Shown in pieces: positions 50,705-61,300 of a DNA stretch of 64,000 bases. Positions within the stretch are counted from its first letter, which is position 1, and each line of letters opens with the position of its first letter. Location of the stretch: contig NC_090911.1 of the NCBI RefSeq assembly GCF_040956055.1, forward strand, positions 1,460,830 to 1,524,829, given 5' to 3'. Both the position numbers and the translations under genes were made by a program. The notes beneath the pieces were generated by a model, which was given only the letters and a program-made list of their open reading frames with translations, did not search any database and was not told the DNA's origin. Source of the stretch: Brachionichthys hirsutus (lineage: Eukaryota).

Positions 50705-52303
50705 CTAAATGTGCAGCCCGTCTTCCAGCAGCTTCCTGGACTGCCTTCGAGACCCGCGCTGGCCGTGATGATGATGATGATGATGATGATCGAGGTCGCC
50801 ATCGTTTGCCCTCATATCTCTGTCCTTCCTCTGACTCCCCCCCTCCCCCTCCCCCTCCCTCTTCCCCCTGTCTTCAGCCCCTGCTCTCTCGAACCGACTC
50901 CTCATGCTCTCGATCTTGCTCCCTCGCCTCTCGTCCTCCGGAGCTGCTCCCCTCCTGGAGTCAGATTCCTCTGGCCTGCCTCCCCCCTCCCTCCCTGAAT
51001 GCTCCTTTATCCACGACGCTTCATGTCTTTGATGTGATTCGGTTCTTCCCGTCTCTCTCTTCTCTCCTCTGCTTTTTGCCACCTCACCTCTCTCATCCCT
51101 CTCTCCCCTGTCCTCCTCAGTCCTCCTCCAGCTCTCTGTCCTGTGGCTCCCTCTGGTTTCTGGTTTGCTCTCACTTTCTCTCCTGGGGGGCTTTTCTTTG
51201 TCACTGCTGCTGCTGCCATGCCTCCACATACGGCCAGTCCCCTCCTCTTTATTCATCACTCCTTCATCGCTTCCTCTCTGGATCTTTGTCTTGCCCCTCC
51301 CCTCTTCTTGCTTTGGTCTACCTGACCCAATCTTTCCTTCCTTGTGTTCATTCCCAGTCTTATTCCACTCCCTTTCCCTTTCCTTCTCACCCGTCTTGAT
51401 TCCTGCACCACTCTCTTCTTTTGGAACGTCTTTCTTGCTCTGGATTTGTTCTTTTCCAGCTGTAGCACGATTCTCAGTTTCTTTTTTCTTTTTTCTGTCT
51501 TTGTCAGGCTGTTCTTTTGAATCCTCCTCTTTGGCTCCTTTCAATGCATCCCTTTTCTGCTCCTTATCTTCCTCTAATTTGGAATCATACTTGTTTTTGC
51601 CTTCCCCCTTCTTTTCGGATTTCTTGTCATCCCCTTTTCCCTCCTCCTTCTCCTTCTTTCCTTTAGGCTCTCTGGATTCTTTCGAGCTCTTCTCTTCATT
51701 GTCCTCCTTGTTATTTTTTAGATTCTGCTTCTCCAGCTCGTCTCTCTTCTTCTTCTCCTGCTCCTCCTCGGCCTTCTTGTCTAGTTTCTCCTCCAAGAGG
51801 TCCAGCTCCTGATCCAGCTCAGCCAGCTTCTCTGGATCAGACTCAAAATCATGGTCGACTTCCACCTCCACCTCCTTAATCTCCTCGTACTCCTCCACCT
51901 CGATGCCATCCATGGTCTTCTGCAGCTGCGTCTTCACCTTGTTCAGCTCCAGGAGGCCGTCCTGGAGTTCCTTACACACGTCCCTGATCTTGGTGGCAAA
52001 CTTGGTTTTGGCACCCTTGCGGAGATCATGGGAGTCTTTGGCAAGGAAGAAAACATCGAGGGCCAGGAAGAGGGCCGACATGACCCCCGTGGTGACGCTG
52101 ATGGCCTGGGCGGCTTTGGCGGCACCTCCTGCAACCCCTAGAATCTGGACTGTGCTGATGAGCTTATCGGTGTTGATCATCAGGGCTTTTCCAGCTCGGC
52201 CCCCCTCCTTCATCACATGCTTGAGGTTGTGGTTCAGGGCCTTTTTGGTAGCACTTTGTGAGTACTTTTCAAAGTCCCACTCGTCTAGGGTGTTCATGCC
52301 CGC
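50705..52303 (-). CDS. ApoL-like gene, large 3' exon: conserved ApoL C-terminal region plus a roughly 400 aa E/K/R/G-rich low-complexity extension ending in His8
   Basis: The acceptor is tcttgcag|GCGGGCATGAAC. It encodes …GVMSALFLALDVFFLAKDSHDLRKGAKTKFATKIRDVCKELQDGLLELNKV…, matching the teleost ApoL motif VFLLMDVVSLVKDSKHLHEGAKSE…ELE.KLEEL. The frame then stays open for about 1.2 kb (EEK…DLDHHHHHHHHGQRG…*). Confidence 0.7.
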   Translation of the reverse strand, partial: AGMNTLDEWDFEKYSQSATKKALNHNLKHVMKEGGRAGKALMINTDKLISTVQILGVAGGAAKAAQAISVTTGVMSALFLALDVFFLAKDSHDLRKGAKTKFATKIRDVCKELQDGLLELNKVKTQLQKTMDGIEVEEYEEIKEVEVEVDHDFESDPEKLAELDQELDLLEEKLDKKAEEEQEKKKRDELEKQNLKNNKEDNEEKSSKESREPKGKKEKEEGKGDDKKSEKKGEGKNKYDSKLEEDKEQKRDALKGAKEEDSKEQPDKDRKKKKETENRATAGKEQIQSKKDVPKEESGAGIKTGEKEREREWNKTGNEHKEGKIGSGRPKQEEGRGKTKIQRGSDEGVMNKEEGTGRMWRHGSSSSDKEKPPRRESESKPETRGSHRTESWRRTEEDRGERDERGEVAKSRGEKRETGRTESHQRHEASWIKEHSGREGGGRPEESDSRRGAAPEDERRGSKIESMRSRFERAGAEDRGKREGEGEGGSQRKDRDMRANDGDLDHHHHHHHHGQRGSRRQSRKLLEDGLHI

Positions 52304-52834
52304 CTGCAAGACGCAACGAGAAAACAAATGTAGACAATGATTGAATACTTTAGCGAGAAAACGGCAACTTATTGAAATGTTTATTCCACGAGTGGAGTAG
52401 GTGCCGAGTTTGGTGTGTTTATATAGATTTTTAGGAGGGGTAGAGGTGGATGCTGGGGGGTGCACAAAGAGAAGGCCAAAAAAAGCACAAGCATTGACAG
52501 GCAGAGAAAGGGATGTGAAGTTGGGTGGATTATTCGTCTTATCTGGATACAAATTCATCGCTTTTCACGAGAGACGCTTTAGTCGGTGACATTTCCAAAA
52601 CGTTATGTATTAAATAAAATAGCATATATGAAAACTTGGAGTTTGGACTCATGAGCCATTTTCTAGAATTTCATAAAATAATAATAATAATTTCTTCACA
52701 GATAAAATGCTAATTTGTATTTGCTATTTTAACTCATATCTAGTTCTGAGCTTGTAAAAACAGCTCCACTTGACCTGTAACACGATTTACGCCCCGTGAG
52801 AACGCCCGTGTGGCGTTCGCCGACATGTCCTCAC

Positions 52835-53287
52835 CTGTACGAACTCCATACACTCTCTGATGACTTTGATTTCATCCTGGTAGCCCTGGATCATCTTCTC
52901 CAGCTTCTTCCGGTCCATGTTGGAGTGGACCGTGTCTGTGATATTGGCCGTCGCTGAGGTGATGCTGCCCGCCGTGGCCACACCGATCCCCACCGCCGTC
53001 ACAATAATGGACGCACCAAAGGTGAACGGAGCCAGGATGAGCCCGGTGATTGTTGCCACGCTGCCGGCGACGCTGGCCACCCCTCCACCCACAGCAGCTG
53101 ACACCGTTTTCTTGTGGAACTGATCCGAAGCGTCAGCCAGAGCGAGAAGCTCCAGGATGCGATGCTGTAGGGACGCCCCCCGCTGGTTGAAAAGGCGCAC
53201 AAACAGCCGGGCTGCCATGTAGACTCGGTCGGCAGCCTGCTCCATGGCCCTGCAGAGACACGGGGAAAGGACATCGTGTGTTCCAGA
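52835..53287 (-). CDS. ApoL-like gene exon with putative transmembrane/membrane-insertion region (…AMEQAADRVYMAARLFVRLFNQRGASLQHRILELLALADASDQFHKKTVSAAVGGGVASVAGSVATITGLILAPFTFGASIIVTAVGIGVATAGSITSATANITDTVHSNMDRKKLEKMIQGYQDEIKVIRECMEFVQ)
   Basis: The Gly/Ala/Val/Thr-rich hydrophobic helices match the apolipoprotein L family membrane-insertion domain. The donor is GTACAG|gtgagg. The acceptor choice (gaacag|TCT at 53288-53290, giving 151 codons) is inferred. Confidence 0.7.
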
Positions 53288-53806
53288 CTGTTCAAGTTCA
53301 AAGAAATCGTGTCCAAAGTGAATATTGCAAATAAAGATGGCTGGATCAACCAATGAGATAAGCAGCCTCCATAAGTGGAGTAACAAGCCTGTACAAATCC
53401 TGTCAGGGTGACAGCAGAGCTGAGAAAAGAAGCTACCCTCACATTTCCCCTTCATCTTCACTGAAGTTGGATGCCTCGTTCCATTCCGTCCAACCTGGAA
53501 GTCGACATCATAAAACGTTTATGTGGAGGGGAGAGAGGAGACCAATAGACAGAGTGATGGGTTATTGTTTTATTCAACTATGAAGGAGCATTTATGGAAT
53601 CTTTTAAAGGAAAAAAGCACAACAACAACAACAACAACTCGTCTGGTTAAGACAATCAGACAAACCTTTGACTGTATTCCACCACTGCATCAGCTCATCA
53701 GCTTCCTGTAAATGGAAACTCGTCAATAAAAGGCACAGTGAAAAACAGCGTTCGCGTCTGACCCGTCGCCTGATCTAACAAAAATTAAAATGGGTAAAAA
53801 GCTCAC

Positions 53807-53887
53807 CTCCTCGGGGGCCGCAGGGTCGTGTTCCGTTGGGTACGCTGCCATCTCAACGGGTTGGACCACCAGCTCCTCTGAGCTCTC
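53807..53887 (-). CDS. ApoL-like gene exon (ESSEELVVQPVEMAAYPTEHDPAAPEE)
   Basis: The acceptor is tttttcag| and the donor is GAG|gtgagc. It is 27 codons, phase 0. Confidence 0.55.
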
Positions 53888-54137
53888 CTGAAAAACGAAC
53901 GCAGGAGCAACGCTGACAGAAAGTCACTTTCTTTGTGCATCCACTGACGCAGACACCCACAATGTACGATGAACGAAAGCTAACGGCTAACTAGGAAGCA
54001 GCATCTAAATGACCCTGCATGAGAAATGCACCAATTTATTCATGAGATTAGATTTGGTATTGATGAAGTGGATCCATCATTCAAACCCGGGCGGCGTCTT
54101 GATGAGACAAGCTGTTTAATAACATCATAATGCTAAC

Positions 54138-54203
54138 CTGTGCTGGTTTCAGATCCCGCATCTCAACAGCCTCCTCCTCAATAGCAGACATCCTGTCTGG
54201 ACC
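54138..54203 (-). CDS. ApoL-like gene, 5' coding exon containing an in-frame ATG (GPDR-MSAIEEEAVEMRDLKPAQ)
   Basis: The minus-strand ATG is at 54189-54191. The donor is CAG|gttagc. The exon also has an upstream acceptor (cctccacag|), so it could instead be an internal exon. Confidence 0.5.
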
Positions 54204-54514
54204 CTGTGGAGGGGAAGAAACAAAACGTAAGAAAGCGGTAAACGTGTGGAGCCAAACTCAATGCAAGAGACGCTGAATCACACTTTGTGGCGATAGAACA
54301 TGCACGTTGAGACTTTAACAAGCTGATTGGGTTCTTTAATCATTTGAAAAAGCATCGTAGTAAAAAAAGCAGCTTCATCTCATCACCGTTTTCTTTGACC
54401 TGAGATAAGTGAGCAGAGCGCCTTGGTTTCCCTGTGCCCCTGAACGCATCTCATTTTAATCAAAGACGTTGGTGCTCTATTGTGATTTGTGTTATTTATT
54501 TATTAATAAATAGA

Positions 54515-54900
54515 GAACCCACGCAGACACGGGGAGAACCCGGAGAGAACCCACGCAGACACGGGGAGAACCCGGAGAGAACTCACGCAGACACAGGGAG
54601 AACCCGGAGAGAACCCACGCAGACACGGGGAGAACCCAGAGAGAACCCACGCAGACACGGGGAGAACCCGGAGAGAATCCACACAGACAAGGGGAGAACC
54701 CGGAGAGAACCCACGCAGACACGGGGAGAACCCGGAGAGAACCCACGCAGACACGGGGAGAACCCGGAGAGAATCCACACAGACAAGGGGAGAACCCGGA
54801 GAGAACCCACGCAGACACGGGGAGAACCCAGAGAGAACCCACGCAGAGAACCCGGAGACAACCCACGCAGACGCGGGGAGAACCCGGAGAGAACCCACGC
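54515..54900. repeat. 32 bp tandem repeat, about 12 units (cacgcagacacggggagaacccggagagaacc)
   Basis: The 32 bp periodicity is visible. The unit is homologous to the internal segment (ccggagaaccc…agagaaccca…cgcag) of the adjacent SINE. Confidence 0.85.
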
Positions 54901-55012
54901 AGACACAGAGAGAACATGTAAACTCCTCACAGAAAGGCCACAAGCCGGATTCAAACCTGCGACCTTTTCGCTGTGAGGCAGCAGCGCTAACCACTGCGTC
55001 ACCGTGCAATGT
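54900..55012 (-). mobile_element. SINE 3' part / tRNA-like head (same family as 1560-1700), contiguous with the tandem array
   Basis: The sequence is agagaacatgtaaactcctcacagaaaggccacaagccggattcaaacctgcgacc…gctgtgaggcagcagcgctaaccactgcgtcaccgtgc. Confidence 0.75.
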
Positions 55013-55247
55013 TCACGGTAATCATTTTAATACAATATAAAAAAAGGGTAAATACTGAGCGTGTCGATGTCTGTAAATATTTTAAGCGGTCCAAATGAGT
55101 CGGTGAAGCTCAGTGACAGATCAGTACGCACCAAAGCTACGTCAAACTTGGGTGTTTGGGTTTTCTTGACTCGGAAAGACACAACCTAAAAAAGGAAAAA
55201 CAAGAAAGGAGGAGTTAGGAAGGATCCACGACAAGGTAGGAGGAGGA

Positions 55248-55364
55248 TTAAACTATTTTAACATCGTGACATATGCCATGCGCCCAATTTACTCGGGTTT
55301 TCTTCTTGATGGTTCTTTTGCGTCTCAGGCCGCCTCCTTCTGGGTTCTCCGTGTCCTTACTGTC
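55248..55364 (-). CDS. modular gene last exon (DSKDTENPEGGGLRRKRTIKKKTR-VNWAHGICHDVKIV*), containing an internal candidate donor CGA|gtaaat at 55293
   Basis: The acceptor is ggatgcag|GACAGT and there is an in-frame stop at 55248-55250. If the gtaaat donor at 55292 is used instead, the frame continues into ApoL-like exon 54138-54203. Confidence 0.45.
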   Translation of the reverse strand, partial: DSKDTENPEGGGLRRKRTIKKKTRVNWAHGICHDVKIV

Positions 55365-58300
55365 CTGCATCCGCAGACAGAGAGCAACAGAACGGAGGGA
55401 TAGTTCAGCAGCCAGTAGTTCGGTAGTTTATTACGTAACGAATCACGCGGCGCTCTTGTTTTCTGAAAAGCATCTTTCTGGGACCACAGAGATAAAAACG
55501 TAACGATAACAAACTAAAGGCCAACGGAAGTCAAACAGTCTACAAACTTGACCTGGTGTCAGGAACGAACATCTCGCTTCATCTCGCTTCAATCTCTTTC
55601 CTTTTCACACTGAACATTGGGGGAAAATTAGTTTCCCGTTTATTTTGATGGTTTGACTTTTGCTAACTTAAATTCTACTACTTGTGTGAGAATAAATTGC
55701 GATTTCTGGTGCACAATCCTAATTATTTTATTAATGAATAACAATTTAAATGTATATCTAATTATTTATTTGTCAGGATCACAATAAAATGTGTGCGATG
55801 TTTCCATACACGTCAGAGTTCTATCTGTGCTGCTCTTTCTAACTAATAACAATCAATAGATCGTCACGTCCATACCTGATGATCAATTGTTTTGGGCGTC
55901 CTCCTGAAAATTCCACCAAATCCTCCTTTTTTCTCCTGCTAGAAAAAGATCACACACGAAGCATAACTTAAAGGGCCCCCAGACAAAGCGAGACTGCAGA
56001 AGTCCTCACCTTGCTGCCGCTTCCTGCTTCACAAAGATTCTCAGCGCTGGCTGACAGTTCTCCTGCGCCGCCCTTTGAGTTCAGAAAATGAAAATCATCA
56101 ACTATGAAGCCGGTGGTGAAGCTGAAACACGCAACAGAGCTCGACACTCGTTGAAAAGTAGAAAGAAAATATATTCAAAATCTATTTTTAGATGCTCTTT
56201 GCTCGACTTTTTTTATAGTACTCCCAGATGTTTGGAGTGTAATCCATGATTTCGGCCGTCAGCATCAGCGTTGTGAGAAGTGTTACCCTCTCAAAGGTGT
56301 CAAACACGAACACGCCGGACCGCTTCAAGTATGTCTCACCTGTGCCGTCTCCACGAGGCTGTCCCAGCTGGAGGACAGGTCCATCGTGTCCTGGAGCGGA
56401 TCCTGGAGAACGAGACACAATGTTTGGTTGGATCTGCTCAAAGTTCAAATGAGCCTTGAACTGCGGCTAACCATGCCGCAAACAAAACAAAGCAAATTGA
56501 GTCAATGCGGTCACCGTGGTAACGGCTGAACGCTCAGCCAGTTTAGGCTTTTTGAAGATCCCCGCCAACCCCCCCTTCTTCTCCTGAAACAGACGAAAGT
56601 CTAATGAGTTAATAGTCACTCAAAAGCAGGACAAAGAAAAGCTGGCTCAGATTCACCAGGTGTTTGTGTGCCAGCCTCCTCTGTATCATATCATCATCAT
56701 CATCATCAATCGTATCTATCGGCAGAGTAACGGTGGAACTCATTGATTTTATTTTCATTGATTTTATTTTATTTTTTTATTGTTCTCGTTGTCTTCTTGA
56801 GTATAAACTTTTAACTTTAAATGACAGGACTCTGATCCACCGTTGGAATCTTTACGCCACACTACCCCCCCCCCCACTTAAGAAAGCACAACATTCAAAA
56901 CGCAGCCTCAGCGTGTTCAGCCGCTTTCAGAAACGCTGCTACGTGTGAGCACGCTTTCGTTACACATTACCTTGGGGTTTCCTGACAGGCTGTCCACGCT
57001 CCCCGTCAGCTCCTTCCAGTCATCGTTGTCCTGAAGAAGAAGAAAAACAAACGACAGGAAATGACATGCGCAGCAGCAGGTGATGATGATGATGAATATA
57101 TTTATTAGATAGAATGCTAGGGGCCCAGCGCGACTGGCCACACACACCTACCCCGGCCTCCAGTGCAGGCGTTTTAGCTGTTTTCTTGATCAGCCCACTG
57201 AACAGCCCACCTTTCTCCTGATGAGCAGACATCCACACGGCTTCATTCAATAATATCCACTCCACTCATGCTGAGTGTAAAGAGAACATGGAACAAAGAC
57301 TATTGTCCCCCTAGTGGTGCCTTTAACGGCAGGTAACCGTGGTAATGCACACAGCGACGACTCTGACCTCATCCAATATGTTTTCGATGCTGGCTGATCT
57401 TTTGAAGATGCCGGTCAGACCTCCTTTCTTCTCCTAAACATGACAGAGTTCTGTTATCAGGGGGCAGAAACTGCAGTGACATTCCCAAGTCCTGCATGAA
57501 CCGGATTTGGCTCGCTCATTAGGAACAGGGACACGCAATATTCGGATCCAGCAGGTCCGGATTACAGTATAATCTGAAGCTTCAGCACATTATAGATACT
57601 CATGGATCCATCCATCAGTCGCTCTCATTCCTGTTGTGGTGGGGGGGGGGTAACTAAGTACCGTACATGTAATGTATTGTTTATGTCACACTTATTCACA
57701 CCCTCATTAGTTTTGATTTAAAATAAAAAGGAATAAGAATTACCAAAACTCAACGTGTAACTTTTTGAAGAGAAATCATTTTGTTTTCCTTTTAAAATTG
57801 CTAAAAAGAAATACATAAAAATAACCGTATGGTTAAAATATAACCTACTTGGACTGAAAATGTTCGATGAGTGAGTTTCATGTCTGCCCTTTGCTTTTTA
57901 TTCTTTTATTTATTTGTATTGTATTTATTTGTAAATGCAGCGCTAAACAGCAACAACAACCACGAAAAGCACAAAAAGTCGTTCCTACAGAAGCGAAGGA
58001 AAATCGAGATCAAGTGATATGAAAGCACCTTCGACGCGGCGGCGTTGGACAGATTCTCACAGCTACGAGAGAGATTGTCACTGGGCATCTCCTGCTTCTG
58101 AATTCAAACAGGGGGGGGGGGGACAAATATTTATTCCATCCAAAACAAGAAGCTATTCAAACTAATCACATAAATCAATGAAATGCAGGACCTGGTCCGC
58201 TGCAGCGTCCTCTGCCGGCTTCTGCGGCTTCTTAAACAGGTTGCTGAAAATGCTTTTCTCCTGAAAGATCAATCGTTGTCACTGAGCAACAATAAAGAAA

Positions 58301-61300
58301 TGTCTGTGTTTGTGTCGTTTGCTGCTCACCTTAGTGCTGCTATTCTCAGACAGGTCGTCAACGCTGCCCGCCGGCTCTTTCTGAGCCTCTTTGTCCTGAA
58401 AATGAATGAATGAATGAATGAATGAATGTTGCAGGACAACCCCAGATCCGGCGTTCCTGCCTAATGTCGCCCTAACCCCAACAGTCCACCACGTGATCGT
58501 TCTTGCACCCACTTTGTGCCGCAGCGTCCGAGTCACCAATCAGCTTTGGTAAACAGTAAACAACATCCAGCATGGTGGCACAGTGGTTAGCGCTGTTGCC
58601 TCACAGCAAGGTCACAGGTTCAAATGCAACTTGGGGCCTTTTTGTGAGGAGTTTGCATGTTCTCCCCGTGTGTGCGTGGGTTCTCTCCGGGTTCTCCGGC
58701 TTCCTGCCACTTCCAAAAACTTGCAACGTAGGTGAATTGTTCATGCTAAATTGTCTGTAGGGGTGCGAGTGCCTGCCTATGTGTGGCCCTAATGTGAACT
58801 GGCGATATGTCCGGGGTGTACCCCAACTCTCACCCGTAGATTGCTGGGATAGGCTCCAGAACTTAAAAGCAAACAGATGCGTTCTTGTACCTCTCCAGGA
58901 TGAGCAGCTTCATCAGGTTTGGGAGCCTTCTTGAATAATCCACTAAATATTCCTCCTTTCTCCTTAACATACACGTTCAGACAATGAATACTTGTTCTTA
59001 GGGTTATGTCATTATTCAGATTCCTTTTCTAAAGCATGTAGAATACAGAACAACGCAAAACAATCCTCACTTTGGTGTCCAGAGCTTCGTTGCTGCCTGA
59101 GAGCTCACTGCCTTGCTTCTCCTGGGAGAGAATTAAAGCACAGGAAGCCGAGGAGGCGACAGAACCGTCACATTTCATGAATTACTGCGAGGAGCAGCTG
59201 AGCTCAACCATCACTTTTCTAAACTTGTCACAGCTTGACTTAGAATCAGTCTAGGAAGTTCTGTGAAAGCACAATGATTGGCTGAGTGTGACGTCGAGAA
59301 CAACAGAAATGTTGATCGAGATGAATGCAAGAAATAAAACACTTTTTTTAATCTGTCCATAATTCTTAAAGATGTTTTTAACTGTAATTCTAAACTAGCA
59401 AAGGCCTGAAAACAGAAGAATATTAATTCAACTGTTCAATGACATGCAAAAATCTGACCTTGGCGTTGGCAGCTTGGGGAAGATCGTCACTGCTGGCTGA
59501 CGGATCCTTCCGTGCCGAGACGTTCTCCTGAAACAGGAATTAAATTAAATCCAGATTAAACGTCCAGAACGTTTACGTTTACGTTTAAGTGTTTCAATCC
59601 GAGTGCATCGTGTTTTTTGTCATGCCTTTTTTTCTACATAGCGGAGGCTGCTTTGCTCAAACACGGATTCAGTCACGCTAAGCTGTGTGAGAAACCCTTC
59701 GGAGCATCGTGAGAGGTTTTCATCTGTTCAGTGGTGTTTTATATTTATGGTGTAATTTGGATTCCTTTAATTACACAGATCGTTAAAGCCTGCTGAATGA
59801 CAGACACGCAGCTAGTATGTTAGAGTGAGCCCTGTCAGTCCGTGCATCCGTGCGTCCGTGCGTCTGTGTGAAGAGGCCGGGCCTTTGTACCTCTCCAGAT
59901 GTTTTTGGGGTCTTCCTGAGGAGTCCACTGAACAAGCTGCCTTTCTCCTAGAGGGCAGAGAACAAATTCAAGAAAGTTGATGACTTATTTTCTTGACACT
60001 CTTCTCTTTCTTTCGGCTGAGGGGTCGCCACAGCAACCCAACGTTCTCCACTTCACCCTGTCCTTTGCATCGTCCTCCCCAACACCAGCCACTCTCATGT
60101 CCTCCCTCACTACGTCCATGTCTCTTCTCCTGGGTCGTCCTCTAGCCCTGTCCTTTGCATCGTCCTCCCCAACACCAGCCACTCTCATGTCCTCCCTCAC
60201 TACGTCCATGTCTCTTCTCCTGGGTCGTCCTCTAGTCCTGTCCTTTGCATCGTCCTCCCCAACACCAGCCACTCTCATGTCCTCCCTCACTACGTCCATG
60301 TCTCTTCTCCTGGGTCGTCCTCTAGCCCTGTCCTTTGCATCGTCCTCCCCAACACCAGCCACTCTCATGTCCTCCCTCACTACGTCCATGTCTCTTCTCC
60401 TGGGTCGTCCTCTAGCCCTGTTCGCTGGCTGTTCCTTCCTCAGCATCCTTCTACCGATACGGTTTTTCCTCGCACTGGTTTATCGGGCCGTTAGCGACGA
60501 GTCTGACCTTGCGGACTGACCTTGTTCTCCGACAGGCTGTCGGTGCTGGAAGACAGCTCAGTCTGTAACGACGCGGCGCCCTTCACACAACAAAAGGGTT
60601 ACTCATGTCAGAATGAGAGATGGGAACAATATTCCAGGCAGTTTGTAAATACATGCTTTACCTCCTCCAGTCTGGGGTCCTCTGACAGTTTGGGGGATTT
60701 CTTAAACATGCCACTGAAAAGGCCTCCTTTCTCCTGATGATTGAAGAAAAACCACACCGTAAAAAATGACTTGTCCGTTTTAGCTGCTGTTTGCATTTGG
60801 GTAAAACTGCCTCGGTGATTTGACAGGCAGCCTGTGCTCGGAGAGGAAGGGGAATCGTCCCCTTCGTCGTAAGATTCGTGTTAGACTAAATAGCTGCAAC
60901 AAAATAATGTGCGTCAGTGACCAAATAGGCTTTCATAGATAAAACAGGAAGTAGAAGCATCGCATTACAGATGGAAGATGGGTCGTTATAAAATGAATTA
61001 CAGGTCGGTCGCCGGGACGAATCATTTCGGAGCCTTACCTTGGTGGGGGCGTTCTCAGAGAGCGTCTCGGCACCGTCTGGTGGGTCTGTCGGCAGCAGCT
61101 GAACACCATGAAACAAAGATTAACAAACACAAAATAAAACTACAGAAATCCAGCCGTTTGATCTTCCTGCTGCTCACATGGACGCCACCTTCTTTATTCC
61201 CTTTCTCTTCACAGCTCAAGAACACGGAAGTCCGTGCATTTCCACTAACAATCAGTGCGTATAAATGTGGGTCACACATTTTCACCTTGCCAGCCGCTTC

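Noticed and set aside
50689-51812. Plus-strand ORFs (236 aa and 215 aa, Ser/Leu/Pro/Phe-rich) opposite the ApoL-like tail
   Set aside because: They are mirror ORFs created by the purine-rich, stop-poor coding strand of the E/K-rich tail on the minus strand.
54434-55009. ORFs of 139-180 aa on both strands over 54434-55009
   Set aside because: They lie entirely within the 32 bp SINE-derived tandem array. They are periodic artefacts.
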